Notes: generated from the sequence alone by a model not told the origin. A stretch of 64,000 bases of DNA from Intoshia linei (GCA_001642005.1 LWCA01000005.1:48588-112587); one strand, 5' to 3'; numbered from the stretch's first letter, positions 12,601-25,431 are shown. Numbers and translations are program-made.

Positions 12601-15600
12601 CAAATATTTTATTTCTGAAGATGATATAATTTTCTACTGTTCGCATTTTGCATCATTAAAGAATGATATGGTCATAAGATTCAAAAACATTATTGAATTA
12701 GAAATACCAGAGTATGCAATAAATCCATTCAATGTTGATGTTAATTCATTTCCATTGAATATTATTATTAGTAGAAGAATTGATTGACTTACAAAATAAC
12801 ATTGAGGGACAATTCATTTTTAAACAAAAGGGTTACTCTACCTTATTTTTTTAAAAAAAGAATGCATATCCAAATCTTCGGAACGAAGTGAAATTGTTAC
12901 TATTGGCCTTTCCATCTACTTACCTTGTTAAGAAAGGTTTTAGCGTAGTAACTGATCTTCAATCAAAAAAGTGGAACAAACTACATTTATCAAAACGGGG
13001 TGACTTAAGATTATGCTGAACAAATATGCTTATAATTTATCTTAAGGTCTCCTAAAATTAGATTAACATTTTCAAAAAGTTAGAAAAAGTGTCTACATTT
13101 ATTTATCCCACAAACATTGTTTAAACCTCAAAATAAAATGATCATAATAATTATAAAAAAAATATTTTCGTTATTATAAAATAAAGTAAATTGCAAATGA
13201 TGCAGCTGAACTCGTTGTATTAAAATATACAAACATTTTTAATTTTTCTCCACAAACAGCAGGAATTTCACTTTTTGTAAAAAAAATTAAGAAAAACATG
13301 AAAATAAACTTAAATTTAGTTATTTTTTGTTAATTACTTAATTGATCCACGCTGAGTCATTAATGAGTATTTCTCAAAATTAGTCATTGGATTGTCATTT
13401 TTTTCAAATTACATCTAATCTACTGGGTATGTTTTTGAATTTCTTAAAAAAAATATTTGATGTGACACCCTAATGTGCAGTGCATTAGGGTGTCACACCC
13501 ATCAAAGAATCAAGGATGGTTAGCGTGCAAATGATGTATTTTAGGGAAAAACCAATTAATGTACAATTTTATTTGACAAAGATATCTACTCGCTATGCGT
13601 TTAACATTTTAAATAAACCATTACAAATCTTATAGTATATAATTAAAATATAACTTTATTTTTTTATTTTATTTCTTCAAAAAAGGTTAAGAACCACTGG
13701 CCTAAACGATCGCTACATTATTATTTCAAAAATCCCACTTTTATCCCATCATTAATAAAAAATACAATTTCAAACCCTCAGGGAAAATCCACTTGATCAA
13801 ATTCTAAAATAAAAAATCCAATTTTACCACCCTTAGGGGAAAACTACTTTTCCAATTTTTTTTTATAAAAACACGATTTTACCAAAAATTAATGATACTT
13901 TTTAATCCAAAATCGAATTTTACCAACTTTTAATGGAAAAATCCATTTTTTCTAATATTTTTGAAAAACACGATAATACATAATCTTTTGAGAAAAAAGT
14001 TTTAATTTTTTAATAAATGTTATATATGACCTTTGGGGTCCGTACACAATTTGAATCAGGAACCACTGTCTTACTGAATATGTTCACTAACATGTTGTGA
14101 TTGACTGTATCCATATCAAAATATCTATAGTATAAATATAGATTAACCAAGGAATTTCCATTGATAGTGGACGGTCATTTTTATTCTTCTTTGGTTTATG
14201 GGGAATTGGGAAACGTTCAAAGTGCTTTCAAACATATTCAAATATTTGTTCAATATAAACCAATGCACTCGTCCGGGTTACATTTAATGGCATTATTATT
14301 AACAGCATTGCATCAATATAAAAAAGCCTTTAATACAATTTCATTTGCGTGCACCCAACATCCGTCATCTTTAAGGTTTATAATTTAAATTAAAAGCTAA
14401 TTAATATTTAGTTTGTCTGAAGCAAAATGCAACTTGTTTAAATTTGTTTCTACTGAACGGGTTAAAGTATTACACGAATATTTGGATTTTTTAAAGTATT
14501 TATTTTTCTTTATTCTAGTCTAATTCTAAAGTTAAGATTAACTAATAATCCAAATGGCAAAATACAAATGTAGCATCCCATGATTTTAAGTACATGGACA
14601 TGAGCTCCTCTAGTCGAGGTCATATGACGGCCTACCATTCTAAATTAATATGTAATATTAGAATGATTTAATATTAGTAACTGAGCTGCAATAAGATTGT
14701 GATTGAATCACTGTTTTGTGTGTGACTATTAATTGCTTTGTAAGAAACAGTTGTATTAAATAAGTCACTGACAAAATATTTTAAATATACAAATCCACAT
14801 TGTACAATGTTCAGAAATTTTTAGAATAAAATAGGGTCCAGCGAAAAAAGGTTGAGAAGCACTACTTTCAGGTGTCGCGGACTGTTAAAGAATAGTTCTG
14901 AAAAAAATGAATACTAAAATGTTTTTTTGACCGTGAAGGCGTCACTTTGTCAGATTGAAATTTTTGGTATGTGCTAACTAGATAGAATTGTATCAGCTGT
15001 AATTTTTTTAAAATATAGGACTATTATAAATTTAAAAAAAGGGTAATTTGTGGTTTTGGCCGTGAAAATATAAGATTTTGAAATTGAAATTTATCTTAAT
15101 GTTGATTTTAAAATTTTTATCAGATTATGTATTTTTCATTATTCTATAGTCAATTTCTGAAATTGAAATTTGCGATAAAACATTACCTTCGAAAAACTGT
15201 AATAGAAATATGGAATTTTTAAAACTCAATCCTTTTACTTTCTTAAATTAACTGGAACAAATGAATAAATACATTTTTAACTAACATGTAAATTACTTTA
15301 TCAACAGGTAAGTAAGGATTAGAGCAGGGATTCTCAACCTAGGCCATATCTCCCATTTTTTATTATTTGGGGCGATTTATTTTTAAATTGATATTATAAT
15401 TTCCTTATTAAATTTTAAAATATTAAATTGTGTTGTTTCTGATATTTTATGCATAATTTTGAGATTATGGTTTGGATTTGTTTCTATTTCATTTCTGCGA
15501 AGTCAGATAAAATACTGTTATTATTATAAAAAATAAGTCAAATTAACAAGCAAGCAATTTGTTAAAACTTTAATTTTAAAAATTCGGTTAAATATACTGT

Positions 15601-16806
15601 ATCATAAACTATTATAATGCACAAAAGTATTAGTTTAAACATTTTTTGCTAGTTGTAATGTGGGTTTTGATTGTGAAAATTATTTTTTTAAGGTTTCCAT
15701 TTATGAGAATATTTATGATTTTAAAAACTATCCCAGAATGTATGTTTTATTAAATTTTGGGCTGATTTATGTTCAAAAAAAGGAAATTTGGTTTTATACC
15801 CTGAAGGATTCAAATTCTGAAACTGAAAATAGATATAAACACGCCCTGGGAAAAACTGTATTGAAATTGAGTTTTTTTAAATCATGCCACTGTGAATTTT
15901 TTCAATAAATGGTTACATACACAAACACACAGATAGTAATTTTTATATATGTAATTGTAAGGATATAAGTAAAGGATGCGTAAATTTAGAAAAATGGGAT
16001 AAATAATTTTAAATTTAATATATCTACGTAGGAGTTTGGTCCCATTTTATCATGAGTCATGACAATCTGATACAAGCTCTTTACACGTCATTGTACCGTG
16101 TTTAATTTTTAATTTTAGAAAACAAATATTGCTTGGAGAAATGAGTACATTAGATAGTGATCTCAAAAATTCGGAGATAGAATCACAGGTCGATGGTTCA
16201 GTACGAAAAAATACTATAAATACATTGAATCAACATCAAAAATTTAAATTAATGAAAAATATAAAAATAAACATTTCAAAAACTAACACTAAACAAGTTG
16301 AAACCCTTGATATAATAAATACCGCTCAAACCTTGATGGAACATGATATAGTTTGCTTGGACAACGATTGTAACATTGAAGAAACTAGTTTGATTAGAAA
16401 ATACAACAATCTCCATTTTGAAGAAAATGAAACTGAAAATTCTCTAAACAATGCCCCCAATTGGAAGTGCATCAATTTGTTAGGACTTCATGCTATATCT
16501 AGACAAAAGTACGATGAGGCTATTAAGTATATAGACCGAGCTCTAGCGATTTATCCGCGATCTGCAACAACATTGTACAATATGGCAAATTTGCTGAGTG
16601 AGCTAAGCCCTGATTTTAATGAAAACACTGAATCTTACCTGATCGATGCCATCGCAATAGAACCATATAATGCCAAATATTGGGAAATGCTGGGTGACGC
16701 CAGCAACGAAAATTCGCTTAAAAAATCAGAATATTATCTAATGTCTGCAAAATGCTATTACAAAAATCCTATTCAGCCATACTCGCGTGTCATTATATTT
16801 TATTAG
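9678..16806 (+). CDS. TTC7: Tetratricopeptide repeat protein 7 (PI4KIIIalpha complex scaffold, TTC7A/B-Ypp1 family)
   Basis: Exons ~9678-9950, 9990-10155, 10195-11173, ~14142-14376, ~14412-14496 and ~16119-16806. N-terminal SEIEIYRNQSNW, LLAESHAIQG, YIPHNRVEE and GLHLMALLLTA plus C-terminal TPRs ending PIQPYSRV match the TTC7 layout. Confidence 0.85.
11280..14068 (+). mobile_element. hAT MITE (11280-14068) interrupted by a decayed Buster/SCAND3-ZBED8-like hAT transposon (~11377-13699)
   Basis: Frameshifted transposase ~11728-13020: BED-finger-like CLICDKVF, KPHTIGESLIIP, IQLDES, CATDG, LLAFPSTYLV. The inner TIR ends TTAAGAACCACTG at 13699. Outer flanks match the uninterrupted MITE at 5100-5733. 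Confidence 0.85.
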
Positions 16807-16849
16807 AGTTATAGTTATTTAGGTACCACACCATGTTAACAATAAAATT

Positions 16850-17441
16850 TTATTTCATCTTTTTCTTTTCCTTGCATAATTGAAAGTTTTTTTCGTTTCG
16901 TGTTCTTCTCAACAACTTGAGTAATATCCACAATAACCCATACTGAAAAAAACAGAGAATGCATAATACGCGTATTTTAATGATTAGAATGTAAACAAAA
17001 ATGATTGTAGATATGTTGCCCAAAATTACGAGCATGTAAATGAGTTTGAAACTATTTTTCATAAACAAATCTAATACATGTATATAAAATTATTATAAAT
17101 ATCTTTACCGAGCAATAACAAGCACCCACAAAATACAATTCCAAATATTTCGTTAGGTGTTTTGTTTATTATGTTTTTTTTACTGAAAAATAATAGTCCT
17201 AATCCTCCTATACCGCGATTATATCTACAATATTATTTTGATTTGGAATGGTCATAAATATTAACCTTTCTGAGGTCATGGCTGCCGTGCAATTGATGAT
17301 GGAATTAATTTCACAAAACGGTAGTGCACTTTTTTTAGACGAAACTCTTTTTTTTAAAGAAATGGAATATAAGTTAAAAGATATTGAGGCAATGCATAAT
17401 GACCAAAATAATGTTCTTTTCCAAGAAGATAGTTTTCTCAT
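16850..17441 (-). CDS. VKORC1: Vitamin K epoxide reductase (VKORC1/VKORC1L1-like)
   Basis: Exons 17441-17266, 17224-17109 and 17070-16850 (introns 41 and 38 nt). Shows loop cysteines CEINSIINC, a conserved Ser, PNEIFG, the active-site CILC followed by a Tyr139 equivalent, four hydrophobic segments and a Lys-rich ER tail. Confidence 0.85.
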
Positions 17442-17498
17442 TTTGATTTGTAACACTTAGCAAAGCAAAACACAAATGAATCTATTTTGAAATTACAC

Positions 17499-18605
17499 AT
17501 GGTCCATTGCCGCGCATATATCTTACTTAAACAGGAATATGAATATTTACGTAGAAAAAATTCTAATGTAATTTTGTAAATTTGTCAATTAATTTCATTC
17601 ATTTAGGAAATTAATATTTTACCTTTAAACAAAGATAATTATTTTGAATGGTATGTAAGATTATACGGTTCAGAAAATACTATGTGGAATAGTAATTTAT
17701 TTACTTTTTAGTGTAAACTTATTTCAGAGGGACAATTCTTAATGAGACTCGTTATGAATGAGTTTTATGATAAAGAACCGCCGGAAATATTTTTTCTAAC
17801 AATCCCCAACCATCCAAATGGTAAATATAAATGTTATATACAATTTTGAGCTCTATCGATATCATACATTTATAGTACATGTATGTGTCTATTTTTTCTT
17901 AGAAAATGGTGACTCAAAGGATTTTCTAGATTAACTGTAATTTTATAAAAGTATCATAGTAGATATTGCTACAGGAAAAATGATGATAACTCAAAGTGAA
18001 AATACGAAAGGATGGAATACTATAAACAGAAAAATTGAATTTTTATTAAAAAATATATACGTAATTATTAATTATAATAAGATGATTATTATTTACTTTC
18101 AAATTTTTAGAATTGTTTATCGATTCCGGACGAAAATTTTATTTTAAATAGTGCCGCTTACTGTTTATACAAAAGCAATATGATTGACTACAAAAATAAT
18201 ATTAGAAATTGCGTTGAAACTAGTCGTACTATTAAAGGTTTTTAATCAATTGAAATAATATTACACTTGAACAGGCGCATTTGATTTTCGTAAACAGAGC
18301 ATCGAATCATCTCGAAAAACTAGCATACATTTATCATTTAAAGAAATGTCTAATATAGCTAAAATTGACGAACGAGTAATTAAACCCGACAAAGAACTTT
18401 ATCCCGTTGATTTTCAAGAATATGCTGACAAATGGAAAACCCTTGCCACCGCTACCCCAAAAACAACTCGTACATTTTATTTTATTTTAAATACAATCTT
18501 TTAGAACGAAAAACGAAACAAAATACATATACGTGTAGTTCCAGTAAAAAAATAGTTTCAAAGTACATTTATTTATATCAATTTACATTTTTACAATGGT
18601 ATTAA
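17499..18605 (+). CDS. UBE2U: Ubiquitin-conjugating enzyme E2 U-like, apparently catalytically inactive (Cys to Met)
   Basis: Not in the ORF track. Seven short exons from ATG 17499 give MVHCRAYILLKQE, EWYVRLYGSENTMW, PPEIFFLTIPNHPNVDIATGKMMI and VDFQEYADKWKTLAT. This parallels UBE2U (MHGRAYLLL..., HPNVDPHTGQPCI..., SFSDYYQTWSRIAT). Stop TAA at 18603-18605. Confidence 0.85.
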
Positions 18606-18609
18606 AATA

Positions 18610-21600
18610 CTAGTCCAAATATTGAATATTATCCATTAAAATTAGTACGGTATACAAACTAGGTTTATGAATTGGGGCCAACACTTTAAGTGAGCGAGTA
18701 TTCATATTTACATCGGTTCTAAATATACAAATTAAAACTTTGCTAAACAAAATATTTAACATCAAATTAATAATAATAATAGTTTAAAATTACACACAAT
18801 AAAAGCCCATAACATGGCTATCTGTCACTTCTTCAATTTGCGTAGCGGAGCTTATACTTAATATGTGGTGAAGTAAATCACGAGCTAAATATTATATAAA
18901 ATATACAAATCGGGTAATTTTTTTCATTTGCCTGTACTGTATCGTATCATTTTTAATTTAATAATAAAATTGTAAATATTTTTTATTTACAGAACAGTAC
19001 TGTACTAAAATAATTACAAGGTTCCATAACGATAGGTTCGATTTTTTGGCTATTTTTGACTGGCATGAGTGCATCCGGCAAAACGGGTTCTAAACAAAAA
19101 TTAAGTTCATTATAATTTCAACAGTGCTAGTGAAAAAATCAGAGCCGAAATTTTTGTAAAATGGGCCTCTTATTTTCCAACTTAATTTAATTTAACATTA
19201 AAAAAGATAACAATTACAGTAATCATTTTGTGTCAAATTTAAGCCAAGTCCAGAGTTATATGGTATGTTTTAGGGCAGAGATGGAGAAGTATTTACTGTT
19301 CGAAGGCAGCAGTAACGTCCCAAAAAATTTAATAAGGCCGCACATTATAAATATGATTTAATCAAATACAGCAGTGCTTCTCATGGGGTCAATAATTATA
19401 TTAGGGGAATACGAAAATTTTAGATGATTCGGGGTAAATAAATTTTTAGTATATTTTATTCAATTTAGTAAAATCTTATGAGAAAAAACTAAAATTTTAC
19501 CAACCATTAAGGAAAAATTCCCTTTTACCAAACTTTTAGATCAGAAATCCCTCTATCTCACCCAAAAGAAAAAACCTAATTTTACCAACCCTTAAGGAAA
19601 AAACAGCTTTTGCCAATATTTTTCTAAAAAATCCCATTATATTAAATATTCAAAATAGTTCAGAAGACCGCACTTTCCCATCTCTGTTTTAGCGTCTGAA
19701 AGGCGCACCGAGCCAATTAATTTAATAATTACCGCTCATTCTGACTAAGGTTATAGCATCGAAAGATAGTTCAAATGAACATGGCTGAAGAGTATTATCA
19801 TGCGAATAAAAATATTCAAGAATTTGAGAATCGTGCATTTCCATTTTTTGAAGTCTAGTTTTTTCAACTACACCACTAGATTTGGGAACTAATAATATTT
19901 TAACAATTTCATTTCCAAGATGTTTATTGATGTCAGAAACCAATTTTTCACTGTCCATTATAATTACAATGTCCACTATAATATTATTAATTATTTATTT
20001 TAATAAGATATTACCTTTAAATGATTTTATTGTTGCAATTACAGATTGCAGTTCACCATCTGCAACGTGAGAAGATGTATTTATTATAAATCCACTTTGA
20101 TTCACTAAAATATACATGTTACCGTCCGTTTATAATTTCAGTTTATTTCGTTATTTGAGACAGTTTTAGAATATTGGAAACTATTTGTATTAATTAAATA
20201 AAAAATATTCCAAACCACGAGTTATCTAGTATTCTATAAAAAAGGATAATTACTTGGAATTTAATTTTTCTCTAAAGGGTTGGCAAAAGCGGATTTAAAA
20301 ATATTTTAAATTATAGAAAAGGGTTCAATCATCCTGAAATTACAAAATGACTAAACTCCAAACGGAGGGGAGCATAATATGTGTATATGCTGAAAAATGT
20401 TGATATACGTAATACAAAAATTATTTACCTAAAGGCTGCTTTTTGCATAGACATTCAACATTTCTAGCCATTTTTTTAATAGTTTCGATATAAAAACAAA
20501 TATTGTCAGAAGGGTTTTTGTATCCGTAATGATGTACAAGAGGATTCAGAGTATTGAAGGAATCTTTAAATGGTAACGTTTTGCTAACTACTACCGCTCC
20601 AATACTGCCTGGTATTGATGTCGCATTCTAAAATAAAATTAATGAAAAATCACATGCTCTTTTCTACTAATATTCACATTTTTTTTGTTTTTCTGCGAGA
20701 ATCTACAAAAAACGTCTTTTCAAATTTAACAAAATTAAAAGTTTAGTAAGAATACAGATAAATTCATATGGATACATTCGTACAAATGTATTCATTAAAC
20801 ACGTTTTTGCGGAGCCCAACCTATTTTTCCAAAGACCCTCCTCGGCGACTCGTCGAAATGTTTCTAAAATGGCACCTCATTTTTCCAAATTGAGCATTTT
20901 AAAAAAGTATGTTTTGAATATCAACTATTTTTTATGTCACGTCCAAAATCTGAACTCCAGTCCCCTAGATAGAAGTATAGGGTTGTCACTACGGATCGTT
21001 TGGTAAATCAATTTTTTTAGAGAATATTTTTATTTTCTGGTTGCCTCAAGTTTCGTTTGTCATGTTTGAATTAAATCGATAATAAAAAATTTTGAATTGA
21101 TATAACTTATATATGTTTTTATTACAACCAGTCCCGAACCCTATACCCCTCTTCAGGACTTCAGCAATTTGGGTAAAATAGTGTTCATTTTTCCAAATGG
21201 AGTATTAAAAAAATAATATTCTTGATTATCATCAATATTTTGTGTATTTAAATATCAAACCAAAAGCCTTGGATAACAAGCTAGGGTGATATGACGCTAC
21301 GAGTCGTTTGTAAAAATTTTTTAATCTGAATAAATGTTAAAAATACCTGGCTAGGATCTAAATCTATGTAAAGAGGCCTCCAATGTGTCCTCGCAGCGTA
21401 ATTACATAACGTTTGGCAGATTGTAGATTTACCACTATCCGCATTTCCATAAATCATTACCTATAATAAATTGACTTATATATCGGAAAAAGAAATACCC
21501 TTGGGCCAATACCGCTACCTTTGGTAGCATCTTCTCTTATTTGGTCAAAAGCTCCATGCAAATTTAATACCATTAACATGTTATTATCCGAAGAAGAGTA

Positions 21601-23451
21601 TGGCGTACTTTTATCATTAATATTCATTTTCAATAAACATCCTTTCCATGTAAAAATTGAATGAGAACCACAATCAAATGTGTACTGTTTTAACGCGTGA
21701 ATTTCGCATCCATTCCATTCTGCCATTCCTTCCAAGACCTAAATTTTAAATGATTAACAATAATATAAATTACAAAATTAATGATCAGATGTTGTACAGA
21801 AATTAATTAAAATATTTCTCAACCAGGGGTCGCAAATTTGTATAAATTATTTGATTGTTTCGTTTTATGTTTTGTGAGGTATATTCATTTGTATGAAATT
21901 ATGGAAGAATTCTTATTTTGTAGTGAACTCCTTACAAATACAAAAATAATAAATATTTATAAAAATATTGATGACTTATTGAAGGAAATTTAAATTACAA
22001 CAATATATGCGGTGTTTGTACTGATGGTACACCAGCTACGTTTGGGTCAAAATCTGGAATTCAAGTAAAAATAAAAAAAAAGTTTCTGATGTTAAAGGGG
22101 CAAATTTTTAATCATTTGAAATTTGCAATGGTAGCCCTAGTCGCGAGGTATAAAAGGTTCATAACCACTGACATATACAATGTAATGTTATGTAGATTGT
22201 TATAAGGTGCAGTTATGTAGACCATCGAATAGCTAAACGACATTAATTATAAAGAACGGTTAATTAGAATTGCCGAGAAATTTTTCTCATTGATAAATAA
22301 ATAAATTCCATTATCGAAACACGTCTTTATTTGTATATTACGATAATTATCATAATATTAAATAAATATGTATCTATTACAAGATATCTTTGTAAACAAT
22401 AGGAATTTCCAATGTTATACATTCAAAGATTGTATAATTATGTGATAATTATAACAATACAATTGGTGACAATTATAATTATATTAAAGTGACATATTCG
22501 TCTAGCTAAGTGAATAAATTTAAAATCAATTAATTATAAATTAGAGCGTTCATAAAAATATAAATTCGCCAGGGGTAAAAATTTTGTTGGTTTAAAAACA
22601 CATTAAAAGCTGATGAAACTCTAAGTTGTTCTAATATTGTACAATTTAATGCAATGTTGGTGTAAGAAAAAACATTTTTAGACAAAGTTTATCATAAACT
22701 GTATTTAGACAAGTTGTTAATCTACCGTTTTAAAGTTGATAAATGAATAAAAATCAGATCAATATTAAAGTTATATGTATAGAAAATGAATTTATTGTTG
22801 AATATAAAAATGCAAATTCAATTACTGTATTAAGAAAATTTGGTAAAAATATAAAATTCGCATTAAATTCATTTATCACCGCGTTAATTGAGTAATTAAC
22901 ACAAAAAATACCGCGTTAATCGAGGGAGACCTTTACGTACTACAATAAAAGCCAAATGGCGAACTTTAAAATTTTAATTCGAACTTAAATGGTTAAATTA
23001 ATCTGAATATAAATAAATACACACTTCGAATCGTGCTACAGAACTCTACTACGAACATACCCATTTTTAATGTGTCAAAGGGTTGATAGACGATGCGAAC
23101 ACGTATTTAAACATTTATTTATATTTCAGAATCTCGTCAAAATGAATTGTGAACCCTGTTACCATACTTAAGTATGGACCACTTCCTGATTTTGGACTTG
23201 GGTATTCATAAACGAACAAATATAGCAAAAATTTAAATACTCACCCATTTTGTATACTTCTTGAACCTCATTAAAAAGTTAAACTTACAGATTATACAAC
23301 ATATAGGTTCATATTAAATTACCTCTATTGTAACAATGTTTTCTTTTGAAGCTGTAAAGCGATATTCATCTTGTAGATTAAGTTTCTGTGTTTTAAATGT
23401 CTGTATTTCTAATTCTTTTTTTTCCACTTTTATTAATCCAATATCCATCAT
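18610..23451 (-). CDS. CLP1: Cleavage factor / polyribonucleotide 5'-kinase Clp1
   Basis: Exons 23451-23323, 21738-21499, 21460-21347, 20627-20429, 20104-20015, 19975-19733, ~19089-19018, ~18884-18793 and ~18718-18610. Motifs: GMAEWNG, IFTWKGC, GPRVMIYGNADSGKST, DLDPSQ, SIPGSIGA, PKSSGVVE and LLHHILS. Confidence 0.93.
20800..21330. repeat. Repeat with an internal ~310-bp diverged duplication; related copy at ~32478-33020
   Basis: The TTTTCCAAATTGAGCATT...CACTACGGATCGTTTGGTAAA block at 20881-21010 recurs at 21188-21315 and 32540-32670. Confidence 0.6.
21815..22170 (+). mobile_element. Internally deleted hAT (Buster-type) element in CLP1 intron 1
   Basis: Ends TTTCTCAACCAGGGGTCGC / GTCGCG...AAGGTTCATAACCACTG. 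Internal remnant translates to EEFLFCSELL and ICGVCTDG. Confidence 0.7.
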
Positions 23452-25431
23452 CAAAATAAAAATATAAATAAAAATGTGTACATAACTATGACGATTGCAT
23501 ATAAAAAGTATTTTTCAAATTTACATTAATTAATTACTAATTACGATAATTAGTTCTTGTTACTTTAGTAACTTTAATACTACACATTGTGTAACACAAT
23601 TCTACAATATAATGTCTTAGTCATGCGCTTTTCTAATTATGTATTGAATGATTACGTTTTTTTCTATATGATGGCTCGCACTGTGCGAATTGCACAGTAT
23701 TTTATAGTAGAGACAATATTTGATGTTTATTATTTTTAATAGATGTACATTGTCCATTGGACCATGTCATGTAAAACTTTTAAAATATAATTCTGTCATT
23801 GCTAACAATAAAAATTGTAAAAATAATCAACGATAACAAGATAATTTTGTTGTTTTAAACTAGTTTTTATCTAATACAGTGTTTCTCAGCCTTTTTTATG
23901 CTATCCCCACTTATTAGGGTTGATATTCCTTAGTTATTAAGAGTTATCAACCTTTTAAATCAGTCAACATTTGTAAATTTTTCCAACATACCACAAAACG
24001 ACCATTTCGCCTTTAGTTGGGAATGGTTCCATATATTACATTGCTGCAATAGTCTTGAAAAGGATTAAAAATCTTGATACTTACACACAAATGTATTATG
24101 AATAATTTAGTTAAATTCATTATTTTAATGAATTTATCAGTCATACTGATAAATTGTTGCACTTTAATTTACTTAGCGTTTAAATTAGTTCAGATAGTTT
24201 ACAAGAATTTAAAAATTGTTTTTGAAAGAATATTGACTTATAGTTTGTTTTATTTTTAAAACACTTTAAATGAAAAGTTGAATAGTACGCATATTTTGAT
24301 ACTTTGCTTAAAATTAAGAAAAAAAATCTTATCAATCACATTGATAAAAAATTCGGAATACTGCCAAAAATTTAAATATTTGATTTAAAAAGTAAATATA
24401 GTTTGACGAAAAATAATATATCGTATCATGAATGTTTATATCATTGGTACATTAAGGTGGAATTATGGGAATGAAACCGTTGTACCAACTCGTCCATTAT
24501 ATATTAAATCTTTTCGTAGAATTGTAGATTTTAGAGAATGTTAAACTCTATCATTCAGATATGAACGCTGTCCATTGCGGACACTGCGGGGTAGCTTAAT
24601 ACATTTCTAAACGTTTTTAATGTTGCTCGACGAAGTTTTAAAATGAATGTTATAAAATAATGTGACTAATACGCGTGGGTCACACCCAGGTACGTGGAAA
24701 GGGCTAGGGCCATATGGCCGGGCATACAATCATGAGGGCCTATTTTTTAAATTCATTAATAGGTACAGTTGGAAAATTTCTTAAGTATATCAAAATTATC
24801 AATATAATAAAATGTTTTATGCGATTTCCAATGGTTATTTTTAATTGTTAGACAATGAACGAGGGATGGATGACCATGTATAGAGGGCTTTTTTTTAAAT
24901 TTTGTTATAGGGGCCTACAATTTCCATTTGACCCTGGTCCACTGTTGACTCTCCACGACCTAATTACACCCCGTATTATTGATTAAATGTGTAATGACAA
25001 TCATTAAATCATTACATACTATGTTACATAAATTTAATTCAGTTGTCACGATATTTTTTAAAGTTTATATAGTGGGCGTTATTGTTATATAGATCTTAAC
25101 ACAGCTTGAAAACTCCTTGTCTAAATATTGATCTATAAATATAATATTGAATCAATGGTTTTCAACGATTTTTCAATCAAAATTAAATATAAATGGCTTA
25201 ATATTAGTAATAGTGGAGCACATAACGGGACGTGGAGTGAACTCGTGACAGAACAATTAAAAAAAATTAAAATATTGAAAAATTTGGTCAATCTAAATAA
25301 TTTAAAATTCGGCTGATTCTAATCTATTTTTAGCGAAAAAAGAAATAAATTGAAAAAAATTGAAAATATGAAACAGTTGTATATGAATAAATGTATTAAC
25401 AAATAAATACACGTAACTTAAAGTTTACATT

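Noticed and set aside
17248-17460. ORF-track ORFs antisense to real exons (e.g. 9574, 17248, 19882, 29744, 34827, 39644, 48810, 55592)
   Set aside because: These are shadow ORFs of genes or of the viral fragment on the opposite strand.
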